A stretch of DNA of 64,000 nt from an uncultured Thermoproteaceae archaeon (GTDB lineage Archaea > Thermoproteota > Thermoprotei > Thermoproteales > Thermocladiaceae): NCBI GenBank assembly GCA_964575955.1, contig CAZNTG010000006.1:224001-288000 (forward strand), read 5' to 3'. Position numbers and translations under genes: made by a program. The notes beneath the pieces were generated by a model. The model was not told the origin of the DNA, did not search any database, and saw only the letters and a list, made by a program, of their open reading frames with translations. Shown piece by piece: positions 1 through 10,023 of the stretch (position 1 is the first letter of the stretch; every line of letters starts with the position of its first letter).

Positions 1-1
1 A

Positions 2-238
2 GTAGATGAACATGTTAAAAATATACTTAATTTAGAAGAACCTACACATGTAGTATATAGAAGATTTATATATGGTAGTGATAAGATGTTTGAAGGATTA
101 TACTTAATGATTCACGCTGTGTGTAGAGATGTAGTTCAAGATTTTATACGTAGAAACTTACAGAAGTATAAGTTTCAAATTATTTATAGTTGTAGAAATC
201 TGCTACCATCAATGCCTCATGATATAGAATATACCTAA
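2..238 (+). CDS. 3' fragment of siroheme decarboxylase (AhbA/AhbB, Lrp/AsnC-like fold), runs in from window edge
   Basis: Manual translation ...LEEPTHVVYRRFIYGSDKMFEGLYLMIHAVCRD...HDIEYT*; THxxxR and LYxMIHA motifs typical of AhbA/B; AhbC-like gene nearby. Confidence 0.6.
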   Translation, partial: VDEHVKNILNLEEPTHVVYRRFIYGSDKMFEGLYLMIHAVCRDVVQDFIRRNLQKYKFQIIYSCRNLLPSMPHDIEYT

Positions 239-248
239 GCACGATGTG

Positions 249-965
249 TCATGTTAAGTATTTACAACTTTCACACTCTTTCAATCTATCTATTCTGAAT
301 GTTCTAAGAGTAGGTTTTTCCAAATCTACAAATATCGCTCTAGGCTCCTTACGACCTTTAACATACTCTAAAAATTCTCTAACCTGTAATGATGCAGTTA
401 ATGAACATGTAAATGCCAATACTTCAACTCTACGAACTCTAGAAGTTCTAAGTATGCATCTTAGACATGGACCATCTCCAGGTAGAAATATTACCTGTCC
501 TCTTAACTCCGATACACCACCATGAATCATGGGCTTTCTATATCTTAGACATAGATCATTAATAACTAGTCTAGAATCTATATTATCCAAACAGTCAAAA
601 ATAATATCAACTTTCTTCACAATCTCATGTATTAATCCACTATCTTCAAATATCTTAGTATTTATACAACATATAGATGTATCATTTACAAATTTCGACA
701 ATTTTCTGTAGGCTATAATAGTTTTATAAATACCAACACTCTGATAATCATATAGTATTTGTCTATTTAAATCTGGAATACTTACTCTATCAAAATCTAC
801 AAGTACTAGCTCTCCAACTCCAAGACAGGTTAATAGATATGAAACGTAAGATCCAAGACCACCTATTCCAAATATCGCAACCTTATAATGTCTAATTCTT
901 CTCTGTAACTCTTCTCCAATTATTCTCAATTGTCTTTCAAATCTTGTTAAGTTCAAATTAACCAC
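249..965 (-). CDS. ThiF/MoeB/UbaA family E1-like adenylyltransferase
   Basis: GIGGLG nucleotide-binding motif, DFDRVSIPDLNRQ, DCLDN, CLRC and CESC zinc pairs. Confidence 0.9.
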   Translation of the reverse strand: MVNLNLTRFERQLRIIGEELQRRIRHYKVAIFGIGGLGSYVSYLLTCLGVGELVLVDFDRVSIPDLNRQILYDYQSVGIYKTIIAYRKLSKFVNDTSICCINTKIFEDSGLIHEIVKKVDIIFDCLDNIDSRLVINDLCLRYRKPMIHGGVSELRGQVIFLPGDGPCLRCILRTSRVRRVEVLAFTCSLTASLQVREFLEYVKGRKEPRAIFVDLEKPTLRTFRIDRLKECESCKYLT

Positions 966-1203
966 CTAATACTGAGTCTATAATTTCTACCTCTATATCT
1001 TCACAAATTTTATAGGGTAGTGGTAGAATTCTATCATTTGATAATACTATTAGCGAATCTTTATCTAAATTAGGATATTTACTACATAACAATTCTAATA
1101 ACTCTCTAATAGTTACACACTTATCTAAAAATATCTCAACTTTATCCACACCAACTCTCTCACTTAAATACTTTCCAAATCTAACTATAGCCTTAACACC
1201 CAT
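958..1203 (-). CDS. MoaD/ThiS-family ubiquitin-like small archaeal modifier (SAMP)
   Basis: 81 aa, beta-grasp pattern, C-terminal di-glycine (VLGG), overlaps the E1 gene. Confidence 0.85.
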   Translation of the reverse strand: MGVKAIVRFGKYLSERVGVDKVEIFLDKCVTIRELLELLCSKYPNLDKDSLIVLSNDRILPLPYKICEDIEVEIIDSVLGG

Positions 1204-1206
1204 ACT

Positions 1207-2325
1207 CTATGTAGAAAATATTTCTTCAAGAAGTTTAATTTTCCAATCATCAATATTTAATCTAGCACTAACAGCTAGAGTATATAATCCATACAGTGTG
1301 CAATCTTTATCAAATCTCTCTACAACTCTAATACTACATCCTCTACAGTATTCATATAATCTACATCTAGTACAGTAAGAATGTTCGTACCTTTTAGATA
1401 GTATATCTTCAATACTTTCATAAATTAAATTCCCTAAAGATTTACTATTATTGAATTGACATGGATATACTGTACAGTCTGGGTATATTGATATTATTGA
1501 TCTTCCTGCACTACATCTACATCTTCTATAGAATCTACCTATGGTATCTTCAAATTCTCTCTTTGAATTAGATGATAGTAGTGCTATAGTTAGGAAGTCT
1601 GAAGGTTCTGTTACAGTTAGTACATCTATATTTTTATAATATTTGACAAGTTTCATTAGATAGTTCAGGAATAATGTTTCAATTTCTCTACTAGGCTTTA
1701 ATTTTGAGTACGTATCTACACCTCTTCCTGATGGTGCTAGATGATATATACATAGTCTATGTATACCATATTTAGAGCATAGTTTAAACATGTCTTCTAT
1801 AGTGTACATAGATGTCCATGTTAAAGTCATTCTTATACCAACATTGATCTTATTATTAACTAACATCCTTATACTCTCAACTATTTTATCAAAATTTGAA
1901 CCAACTCTAATTTTTGAATCATATCTAGATGGTATGTCTAGACTAATACCTATATAGTCTACATCATACTTCTTCAACATGTCTACATGTCTATCACTTA
2001 TAAACATTCCACTACTACTAATTACGAATTTAATATTATTATCATTCAACATTTGAAATACATATTCAATAGTTGGATATAGTAATGGTTCACCACCACT
2101 CAATATTACAAGTCTTGGATTTATTTTAGATATTTCTTTAATGACTTTACTAACATTCTCTAACGACATTTCTAATCCTGTTATTGTTGATGAGCTATAA
2201 CAGTATACGCATCTTAATGCACATTTTTGAGATATGTTTAATACTACAATACCTTTACCATGTCTAGTTCCGATACTCCTACTTATGGTGACTTCTCCAT
2301 TAACAATTTCAGATATTGGAATCAC
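1207..2325 (-). CDS. Radical SAM/SPASM protein, AhbC/NirJ-like (alternative heme biosynthesis)
   Basis: CALRCVYC, SGGEPLL, YHLAPSGRG, VLTVTEPSD, C-terminal SPASM cysteines. Confidence 0.7.
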   Translation of the reverse strand: MIPISEIVNGEVTISRSIGTRHGKGIVVLNISQKCALRCVYCYSSSTITGLEMSLENVSKVIKEISKINPRLVILSGGEPLLYPTIEYVFQMLNDNNIKFVISSSGMFISDRHVDMLKKYDVDYIGISLDIPSRYDSKIRVGSNFDKIVESIRMLVNNKINVGIRMTLTWTSMYTIEDMFKLCSKYGIHRLCIYHLAPSGRGVDTYSKLKPSREIETLFLNYLMKLVKYYKNIDVLTVTEPSDFLTIALLSSNSKREFEDTIGRFYRRCRCSAGRSIISIYPDCTVYPCQFNNSKSLGNLIYESIEDILSKRYEHSYCTRCRLYEYCRGCSIRVVERFDKDCTLYGLYTLAVSARLNIDDWKIKLLEEIFST

Positions 2326-2377
2326 ACTAACACACCTACATCAAACTTATTAAGTAATCACATGCACTACTAGATGT

Positions 2378-2707
2378 ATGGCAAGTACAGCCTCAGCACT
2401 TGAAAGTGTGTATGAGTTAATGAAGAAGATTGATCAATATGTTGATGAGGTATATAAGGCTAAGGCAAGAGCTGAAGAAGATATTAGAAAGAAAGTTGAA
2501 GCTGCAAAACAGGAAGTACAAAAGCAACTAGAGGCTTTTATTAATGAACTTCTACAAAAGTATAAACAGGAACTTGAGAAGATGATAGAAGAGGATGTCT
2601 CAAAGTATAGACAATCATTAGAGTCAAAATTGTCAGACTTCACATCTAAAGTTGAGTCTAGATTTGAGAAAGTTGTTGAAGAAGTATTAAAAATGTTAGG
2701 ATTCTAA
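2378..2707 (+). CDS. Probable A/V-type ATP synthase peripheral stalk subunit H/G
   Basis: 109 aa highly charged coiled coil (KAKARAEEDIRKK), ends VLKMLGF, next to ATPase subunit D. Confidence 0.5.
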   Translation: MASTASALESVYELMKKIDQYVDEVYKAKARAEEDIRKKVEAAKQEVQKQLEAFINELLQKYKQELEKMIEEDVSKYRQSLESKLSDFTSKVESRFEKVVEEVLKMLGF

Positions 2708-2730
2708 GTTTTAAAAAGAGTAGAGTTGTA

Positions 2731-2877
2731 CTATCTAATTTGTTCTCTTATTCTATTAACCATCTCTAGAAGTTGTTTATGATATCTATCAATTTCCTGT
2801 GCTATATCATTCATGTATTTACTTACTAGTTCTTTCATCTTATCTTCAATCTGTTCTCTTAATCCTCTCTGTGACAT
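2731..2877 (-). CDS. Unannotated 48-aa coiled-coil protein downstream of ATPase subunit D
   Basis: MSQRGLREQIEDKMKELVSKYMNDIAQEIDRYHKQLLEMVNRIREQIR*; ATG 9 nt after the subunit D stop, fills the gap. Confidence 0.55.
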   Translation of the reverse strand: MSQRGLREQIEDKMKELVSKYMNDIAQEIDRYHKQLLEMVNRIREQIR

Positions 2878-2886
2878 GGTTTAACC

Positions 2887-3504
2887 TTATCCTCCTAGGA
2901 TTATTTGTATTACCTTTCTTCTAACAAATTCCTCTCTCTCCTCTTCATCTAATGCAAGTCTTAAATTCTTAATAGCTTCTTCTAGTCTGGGTAGTATTAC
3001 GTAATCTATAGCGTTTATCATTCTCTGATACTCTTTTGCTCTTGATAGTAGTGTGTAGAATATATTTTCAAGATTTAGAAGTTCTAGTAGTTTGTCAATA
3101 GTCTTATAGAGCAAGTTCATAGACATGTCAAATTCTGGAGGTATACTTACGATACTATAGTTTGGTGCTGATATTCCTACAAATTTTGCACTTTGAAACT
3201 TAACACCTTCATACTCTCTAACTTCATACTCTACATGTACAGTTGGTGGAACCATCTCGCCTAGCTTACCAACTTCATCAATTCCAGCTCTTGCAATTCC
3301 AAGTTTTAACCAGTCTGATACTTGTTGTAGTTGTTCATATACTACTTTTCTAGTTTCTTCAAGTTTTGGAATAATTACTCTAATTTTCTGTATTGTTGCA
3401 TTTCTAGCATCTTCAATAGTTTTTCTAACTCTCTTATACAATCTTTCACTCATTCTAAATCTCAGTAATGTTAATCTAGACTTTACATAGCTTGCAACTG
3501 CCAT
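2887..3504 (-). CDS. atpD: A/V-type ATP synthase subunit D
   Basis: C-terminal QRMINAIDYVILPRLEEAIKNLRLALDEEEREEFVRRK is the subunit D signature. Confidence 0.85.
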   Translation of the reverse strand: MAVASYVKSRLTLLRFRMSERLYKRVRKTIEDARNATIQKIRVIIPKLEETRKVVYEQLQQVSDWLKLGIARAGIDEVGKLGEMVPPTVHVEYEVREYEGVKFQSAKFVGISAPNYSIVSIPPEFDMSMNLLYKTIDKLLELLNLENIFYTLLSRAKEYQRMINAIDYVILPRLEEAIKNLRLALDEEEREEFVRRKVIQIILGG

Positions 3505-3546
3505 TATATGTACCTATGTTAGTTTAAGTGAAAAGTTTTACTTTCC

Positions 3547-4434
3547 TTAAAATATGTGGAATATTAACATTGCTGTGAAGATTATTGCTAGTAGTGGATA
3601 TGTGAGTTTGTAGCATATAAATGTCAACTTCTTACTACTTCTCCAATCTTTTAACCCAATCCTAATCATAAGATATATCTCAGACATAAATACTACAAGT
3701 ATTACAGGAACGTATAGTGGAGATACTAGTCCTAATAATGGTGGTGTTAATGCTAGTAGACATGTTGCTAATAGTGCAATAAATGTTGCAAGATATGGTA
3801 TCCATGGTTTTCTCCAAAATCTCACAGTTATAGTTGGAACTCCAGCAAGTGCATAATCTTCAGCCCAGTGCATTGCTACAGCCCATAGATGTGTTAATAC
3901 CCAGAAATATCCCATAAGTGCTATAACTATTCCTGAAATTGTTATGAGACCAGTAGCTACATACCATGCATGTAGTATAACACATACATATGCTAATGCT
4001 GCTACTAGTATGCTAGTCCAAGACTTTCTCTTCAATAATGCCGTATATAGATAGACATATGTCAACATTGCAAATGTGTAGAGTAGTGGTGTCATATAGT
4101 CTCTCAATAGTACTGAAACTATAATCATGAATAGTGTTGACACTATACCAAATATTTTACAGAATTTCTTAGCTTCATCATATGATAAGTCTCCTCTAGC
4201 AAGTACCCTCCTATATCTAGTTCTTCTCATAATCTCATCTATATCTTTATCAAGTAGATTATTCATTGCATTTCCCCAAGATATTCCAAGAATTATTACA
4301 ATACTTTCAAGAATAAATTTAACATAGTTAAAACATCCTGATAGTGCTACTAGAAATGCTATAAGCCATGTATAGTATACACTTGCAGTTACGTGAGGTT
4401 TTGTTAGTAGTAGATATGCCTTTAATTTACGCAT
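3547..4434 (-). CDS. cyoE: Protoheme IX farnesyltransferase (heme o synthase), UbiA family
   Basis: LLTKP, NNLLDKDIDEIMRRTRYR, FWVLTHLWAVA, EDYALAGVP; multiple TM segments. Confidence 0.8.
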   Translation of the reverse strand: MRKLKAYLLLTKPHVTASVYYTWLIAFLVALSGCFNYVKFILESIVIILGISWGNAMNNLLDKDIDEIMRRTRYRRVLARGDLSYDEAKKFCKIFGIVSTLFMIIVSVLLRDYMTPLLYTFAMLTYVYLYTALLKRKSWTSILVAALAYVCVILHAWYVATGLITISGIVIALMGYFWVLTHLWAVAMHWAEDYALAGVPTITVRFWRKPWIPYLATFIALLATCLLALTPPLLGLVSPLYVPVILVVFMSEIYLMIRIGLKDWRSSKKLTFICYKLTYPLLAIIFTAMLIFHIF

Positions 4435-4497
4435 ACTTGAGAAAATTATGTACAGTCTGTTTTTTAACTTAGACCTATACCTACTAGATTTAAAGTA

Positions 4498-5319
4498 ATG
4501 AGAATTAGCATATCTGAAGCATGGAGAAGAGTTAGGAGAGTGTTAGAAGATTCTGATCTAGTACTTGAAATTGCTGATGCTAGAGAACCATTAGAGACTA
4601 GAAATGTCAGAATTGAACAGCTTGCGTCAAAACTTGGAAAGCCAATAATACTAGTATTAAATAAGTGTGATCTTGTACCATTTGAAATATTAGAGAAGTG
4701 GAAGAAGTTTTTAGAAAGAGAAATTCCAACAGTATTTCTAAGTGCTAAATATAGACTTGGAACTAGAAAACTGATACTCTACATAAAGAAGTATGCACCA
4801 AGACTACCTGTAAGAGTTGCAGTTGTAGGATATCCAAATGTTGGAAAATCAACAATAATAAACTATCTAAAAGGTAAACATGTAGCACAGACAAGTCCAG
4901 TACCTGGATGGACTAAGGGAGAGCAGATTGTTAAAGCAAAATCATGGCTATACGTAATAGATACTCCAGGTGTAATACCTGTAGAGGAAGTTAAAGATGA
5001 GGCACTTCTCATAATTAAAGGTGCTATAGATCCAGGAAGACTCCAAGATCCTGTATATCCAGCTGTTAAGCTTATAGAGAGAATATTGAAGTATAATCCA
5101 ACAGCATTTTTAGAGAGGTACGGAATTGAAGATAGAGATCCTGAGAAGATAATTGAAAATGTTGCTAAAAAGAGAGGACTACTACTGAAAGGTGCAAAAC
5201 CAAACATTGAAGAAGCTGCAAGAGCAATAATTAAAGATTGGATTGAGGGAAGAATAACCTATTATAGAGAGCCTGAGGAGTACTATGTCAATGTTGAGAA
5301 GAGCGAGACCATTAGTTGA
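4498..5319 (+). CDS. Circularly permuted ribosome-biogenesis GTPase, YlqF/RbgA family
   Basis: DAREP, NKCD (G4) precedes GYPNVGKS (G1) and DTPG (G3). Confidence 0.9.
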   Translation: MRISISEAWRRVRRVLEDSDLVLEIADAREPLETRNVRIEQLASKLGKPIILVLNKCDLVPFEILEKWKKFLEREIPTVFLSAKYRLGTRKLILYIKKYAPRLPVRVAVVGYPNVGKSTIINYLKGKHVAQTSPVPGWTKGEQIVKAKSWLYVIDTPGVIPVEEVKDEALLIIKGAIDPGRLQDPVYPAVKLIERILKYNPTAFLERYGIEDRDPEKIIENVAKKRGLLLKGAKPNIEEAARAIIKDWIEGRITYYREPEEYYVNVEKSETIS

Positions 5320-6199
5320 ATTTCCAGATACGGATCCTGTAAAGTATTATGCTAGAGTAGCTAGATATATGATGAAAGTTGTTGAAGAGCGTAGATTAGC
5401 AGCAATAGTTCAAAAGAATTCAGATGTTAGACTTGTAAGATCTATAAGGTATAAATCTGGAATTAGAAGACCAATAATAGTCACGAAAGATAGTCAAATA
5501 CCATCAATGGCTAAGAGAGGTGTTGTAGATATAATGTTTTCAGTAACTAAGATTAAAGAAGAACTACCTGATGTATTTGTTGTAGATATAAAAGCAGATA
5601 AGTATGTATGGATTCATGAAAATAATTGGTACATATTCGACCTAGTTGTACAGATTGTATGTAACTTCCTCAAATATATGGATATTGACAACTATATAGT
5701 ATGCTTTGATGGTATGAATGGTTATAAAGTCATAACACTATTAGATGTAGATAATGCAAAATCATATGTAAAAGAGAGACAGCAATATATGAAGATACTT
5801 TCAAAGTGTATAGAATTGTTAAAAGATGTTGCAGTTAGAGTAGCAAAACACTACAAATCAGTCTATTCAGGACTTGACCTATTTTCACACATGTTGATTA
5901 GCGGTAATACAACATTGAAGATTGGTCTATGTAGAGTACCATTCTCACTACACTGGTCAACAAAATTAGTAGCTCTACCACTACAAACACCTGTTAGAGA
6001 GTTCTCAGTAATGAAAGCACTACCTTCAAGAGTTATGGATAAAGCTGAGAACTATGGTCAGGTTATAGAGCAGAGATGGAGATATTCAAAGGTTGATAAA
6101 CTGATTAAGACAATTGAAGAGTGTATGAAAGGTCAATATGTAGAACATGTATATAAAGCTAAAGCATACATAATGTCTCACATAAGCTTAGAATCTTGA
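5285..6199 (+). CDS. AEP primase / LigD-polymerase-like protein with altered catalytic motifs
   Basis: PDVFVVDIK (motif I-like), FDGMNGYKV (motif II-like), RVPFSLHWSTKLVALP (AEP C-terminal motif). Confidence 0.5.
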   Translation: MSMLRRARPLVEFPDTDPVKYYARVARYMMKVVEERRLAAIVQKNSDVRLVRSIRYKSGIRRPIIVTKDSQIPSMAKRGVVDIMFSVTKIKEELPDVFVVDIKADKYVWIHENNWYIFDLVVQIVCNFLKYMDIDNYIVCFDGMNGYKVITLLDVDNAKSYVKERQQYMKILSKCIELLKDVAVRVAKHYKSVYSGLDLFSHMLISGNTTLKIGLCRVPFSLHWSTKLVALPLQTPVREFSVMKALPSRVMDKAENYGQVIEQRWRYSKVDKLIKTIEECMKGQYVEHVYKAKAYIMSHISLES

Positions 6200-6208
6200 G
6201 AATATATA

Positions 6209-6781
6209 ATGAATATTGCTAAATCTATACTACACTACATTTTAAGTATCGAAATACTATTACCAACAACATTAGTATTACTACTATTATTTCAAACTAT
6301 ATTAAACTTCAAGTACTACATAGTTCTAGATCTATATTGTAAATCTTCAACAGTGATAAAAATACCTATCCTACTGTCAAATGTTGTTATTGACTGTTCT
6401 AGAGATAGCATATATGTGTGTGATATCTGCAGTATACTACCATACATATTTATACCATTGGTAGTTTTAACATATGTCCTATATAGGAGGTTTTTATATA
6501 GAAGTTCTATCTTTACAATATTTACAAAGTGTTTAACTTATAGTAGTATTATACTGCTAATACCATTACCACTCTACTACAATATAGGTACTGTATCTTT
6601 TACATTAATAATTTCAAATCCACTACTATCATCATGTATATACATTATGCAAATTCCAGCTATATTTCTATCTAGAGTATTTCCAGAAGATATGCAAATT
6701 ACAGAGATATTTGTAAGTATAGATGAGTTAACTGAAGATACTATAACTATTCATGAAGAAGAATCTGAGCAAGAATCTTAA
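6209..6781 (+). CDS. Hypothetical membrane protein with acidic C-terminus
   Basis: Several hydrophobic segments, E/D-rich tail. Confidence 0.55.
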   Translation: MNIAKSILHYILSIEILLPTTLVLLLLFQTILNFKYYIVLDLYCKSSTVIKIPILLSNVVIDCSRDSIYVCDICSILPYIFIPLVVLTYVLYRRFLYRSSIFTIFTKCLTYSSIILLIPLPLYYNIGTVSFTLIISNPLLSSCIYIMQIPAIFLSRVFPEDMQITEIFVSIDELTEDTITIHEEESEQES

Positions 6782-6824
6782 TTTAACGAAATGTTTATTA
6801 ACACTTTAAGCATTTATTATTAAA

Positions 6825-7646
6825 GTGAGTAGTGAGTTAGTTAGAGGTTTATCTAAATTTTCTACAGCATCACTACTAGAGTTTATAGCTATAATATTGC
6901 TATTAGCTGGTTCTGGAGTAATGATTAGTATTGCAAGTTACTACTACAAGTTTTTAGAGATTGCTCAAAAACTATCTCTACACCTAATATCTCCAAGCCA
7001 GATACCTTCATGGTTTTACACTGTTGCAACATATATGACTATAGGCTCAGCATTAATAATACTATTCCTAATAATTTCAGCTGTTTCAGCATATGCATTC
7101 CTATGGCCTGCATTTTCAGCATTTTCAAGACATGATAAGAAATTCTATATACCAAATCTACTAGTTAAAATTGGAATTGTTGGATATACTGTAATGTTTA
7201 TATCATCTATAGCTCTCTCAACATATTTCACAACAGTACTAATCCGCTCAATACATAAGATGAGTCCTATCGGCATACTATTATACATTAAGAGTCTTAC
7301 AATGAAGATACTTCCAATAGCTTTAACATTAGGAATATTGTTAACTATATTTCATATATTAACTCTATGTGGAATATGTATTGGATTATACTATCTTAGA
7401 AGTTATGGTCTTTCAGGACTATTTACAATATCCATGATCTTGCTCATAATAGATATAGTACTTATAATTGTTACAACTCCTGGAATTCATACAACATTAT
7501 CAATGTTTAGAATGGCTACAGCTGTATCAAGTATTACGAGTCTTATCCAACCAATACCTGGATTAATAGCCTGTATACTGATATTTATAGCTTGTAGAAT
7601 TTTGAAATCTAGAATTGAGAAAGAGGAAACTGTTACTCAAGTTTAA
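6825..7646 (+). CDS. Polytopic membrane protein (DUF973-like)
   Basis: About 6 TM helices; resembles crenarchaeal membrane families. Confidence 0.55.
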   Translation: MSSELVRGLSKFSTASLLEFIAIILLLAGSGVMISIASYYYKFLEIAQKLSLHLISPSQIPSWFYTVATYMTIGSALIILFLIISAVSAYAFLWPAFSAFSRHDKKFYIPNLLVKIGIVGYTVMFISSIALSTYFTTVLIRSIHKMSPIGILLYIKSLTMKILPIALTLGILLTIFHILTLCGICIGLYYLRSYGLSGLFTISMILLIIDIVLIIVTTPGIHTTLSMFRMATAVSSITSLIQPIPGLIACILIFIACRILKSRIEKEETVTQV

Positions 7647-9492
7647 TACCCATACTTCTCAAATTTTCAATAACATCATCTAGACCAAGTTTCTTCAAAG
7701 TCTCAACCTTCGGTATTCCATTATCATCCCAACCTCTCATCCTGTAGTAGTATGTCAACATCTTGTCAAACATCTCTCTATCAATTTTAGAACCTGCCTT
7801 CGGCCCTCTACTTAATGGTTCATTAAACCATCTTTCTGGTGGATAATCATATTCTCTTTTCCAATGTCCAAACTCTCTAATCCAGAAGCATCTAATAACG
7901 TTATATATCCTATCTGCAACTTCAAATAGATATTCTATAGAATATTCTCGACCTGTTGCAGCTTTAAGAGCTTTTATATAAAATTCTAAATCTAGACCAA
8001 ACTCAACCCACTGTAATCTACATGTTCCAATACATTCAAATATTCCACCTCTAATATTTTGCATCCATATTAATTTACTAACTCTCTCTTCTATACTCAT
8101 ACTGGGATTCTTAAGTTCAATCGATATAAACCACGCATCTTTATGATGTGCACCTATTGGACTTGTAGAGTATGCTAATGCCATTCCAGGAGCTATGTGA
8201 CAATCGTATGCTGATATTTCAACACCTTTACAATGCATTGCTATCTTACTTACTTCAGGTCCATAATATTCTGCTATTTTTGAAACACCTTCTGCAAGTA
8301 TGTTACCTATACCTTTTCTATATGCAATCATCTCAATCATTCGTGTAGCGGCTTCAGCATTTCCAAATCTCAGCTCTATACCTTCTGTATCTTTCTTAGT
8401 TATTATACCTTTCTCGTACAGTTCCATTGCAAGTCCGATAACATTTCCTAGAGAGATTGAATCTATTCCATATTCATCACTAAGCTTTATCATATATGCT
8501 ATGGAGAGTATGTCGTCTATACCTAAATTCGATCCAAGCATTGCAACCTGCTCATAATCAATCTCAACTACATGCTTACCAAATCTACAGATATTTCCAC
8601 ATGGTGTAGGACAGGAATAGCATCCTCTAGTTCTATATTTTAGAAACTTCTCAATAACATCTCCAGAGATCTTATATGCATGTTCAAAATATGCTTCTTT
8701 AAAATTATGAACTGGTAAACAACTATTCTCATTACTCCACAAAACTGTTATCATTGTTCCCTGTCTAGTCCAAGTATTGTAAAGTTGAGTATTTTTTAAG
8801 AAATTTATAGCATCTTTCAACAATTCTATAAGTCTATCAAGATCATGTACAGGTATATCTCTACTACCTTTAACAACTATAGCCTTAACCCTCTTAGAAC
8901 CAAGTACAGCACCAATACCTGGTCTACCTCCAGCTCTACCAAAATCGTGAATTATATTTGCATACTTTACCAAATTTTCACCAGCTGGACCTATAGTAAC
9001 TACAGCACATTCATATCCATGTCTTTCCTTTAAAATTCTCTCACATTCTGATGTTTTTAATCCCCATAAATCATATGCATCAAAGATTTCACATTTACCA
9101 TCTTCAACATATATATACACTGGTTTCTCTGATCTACCCTCAATTATCAACATGTCAAAACCTGCAAATTTCAACATAGGTCCAAAATATCCTCCAAAAT
9201 TACCATCACAATAACCTCCAGATTCTGGAGATTTACAACCAACAACACATTTACCACTTCCAGGTATTGGTAATCCTGTTAATGGTCCTGTAGCAAATAT
9301 AACCTTATTATCAGGTCCTAGAGGATCTACGCCTCTATATAATTCTTCAAAAAGTATCTTACATATAAAACCTCTACCACCAACAAACTTTTCAATAAGA
9401 TCTTTTCTCAAATCTTCGATAACATACTTACGTTTACTTAAATTCACTCTTAAAACTTTACCACAATATCCCTTAATATTATCCAGAGACAT
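7633..9492 (-). CDS. aor: Tungsten-containing aldehyde:ferredoxin oxidoreductase family protein
   Basis: GYCGKVLRVNLS, GGRG, DPLGPDN, TIGPAGEN, GAVLGSK, CYSCPTPC, YYRMRGWD. Confidence 0.92.
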   Translation of the reverse strand: MSLDNIKGYCGKVLRVNLSKRKYVIEDLRKDLIEKFVGGRGFICKILFEELYRGVDPLGPDNKVIFATGPLTGLPIPGSGKCVVGCKSPESGGYCDGNFGGYFGPMLKFAGFDMLIIEGRSEKPVYIYVEDGKCEIFDAYDLWGLKTSECERILKERHGYECAVVTIGPAGENLVKYANIIHDFGRAGGRPGIGAVLGSKRVKAIVVKGSRDIPVHDLDRLIELLKDAINFLKNTQLYNTWTRQGTMITVLWSNENSCLPVHNFKEAYFEHAYKISGDVIEKFLKYRTRGCYSCPTPCGNICRFGKHVVEIDYEQVAMLGSNLGIDDILSIAYMIKLSDEYGIDSISLGNVIGLAMELYEKGIITKKDTEGIELRFGNAEAATRMIEMIAYRKGIGNILAEGVSKIAEYYGPEVSKIAMHCKGVEISAYDCHIAPGMALAYSTSPIGAHHKDAWFISIELKNPSMSIEERVSKLIWMQNIRGGIFECIGTCRLQWVEFGLDLEFYIKALKAATGREYSIEYLFEVADRIYNVIRCFWIREFGHWKREYDYPPERWFNEPLSRGPKAGSKIDREMFDKMLTYYYRMRGWDDNGIPKVETLKKLGLDDVIENLRSMGIKLE

Positions 9493-9886
9493 ATCTAATA
9501 GCACCTGTAGGACAGATTTTTACACATTTTGGATCTCCATTACATAAGTCACATTTTATAGGAAATTTAATATCAGGATGTTTAAATATTGAACCGTAAG
9601 GACATGCTTTAATACAATCTCCACAACCTGTACATCTATCAACAATAAGTTTAACAATACCATTCTTATACACTAGAGCATCATATTCACATACACGAGC
9701 ACATTGAGGTTTATCACACTGTTTACAACATTTTACAATTATGTCAAGATTATTAGCTGTGAAATATACTACAACTCTAATACCTGACTTAGAAATATTG
9801 ACAGTACCGAAGTGATATATAGAACATACAAGCTCACATAAATGACATCCAACACATTTAGAAACGTCAATCTCAATTCTAGGCAT
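9479..9886 (-). CDS. 4Fe-4S dicluster electron-transfer subunit of the AOR
   Basis: CVGCHLCELVC, CKQC..C...C, CTGCGDCIKACP, KCDLC...PKCVKICP. Confidence 0.88.
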   Translation of the reverse strand: MPRIEIDVSKCVGCHLCELVCSIYHFGTVNISKSGIRVVVYFTANNLDIIVKCCKQCDKPQCARVCEYDALVYKNGIVKLIVDRCTGCGDCIKACPYGSIFKHPDIKFPIKCDLCNGDPKCVKICPTGAIRYVSG

Positions 9887-9969
9887 CTCTAGATAAATGT
9901 CCTTCCAAATTTATCAATTATCTCAACAAGCTGGAATATGTGTAGCATAGTTTCAATAGTGTAGAGACG

Positions 9970-10018
9970 TCAGTGCTCGTGCCCTTCTTCATAATTCTGA
10001 CAGAACTCCACTCATCAT
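9970..10018 (-). ncRNA. Box C/D guide sRNA
   Basis: Minus strand ATGATGA-GTGGAGTTCTGT-CAGA-att-ATGAAGA-AGGGCACGAGCA-CTGA; canonical C/D'/C'/D spacing with 12-nt guides. Confidence 0.85.
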
Positions 10019-10023
10019 CAATA

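Noticed and set aside
9892-9915. GATAAAT-N10-ATTTATC palindrome upstream of the AOR operon
   Set aside because: Only 7-bp AT-rich arms; could be an operator but not distinguishable from chance here
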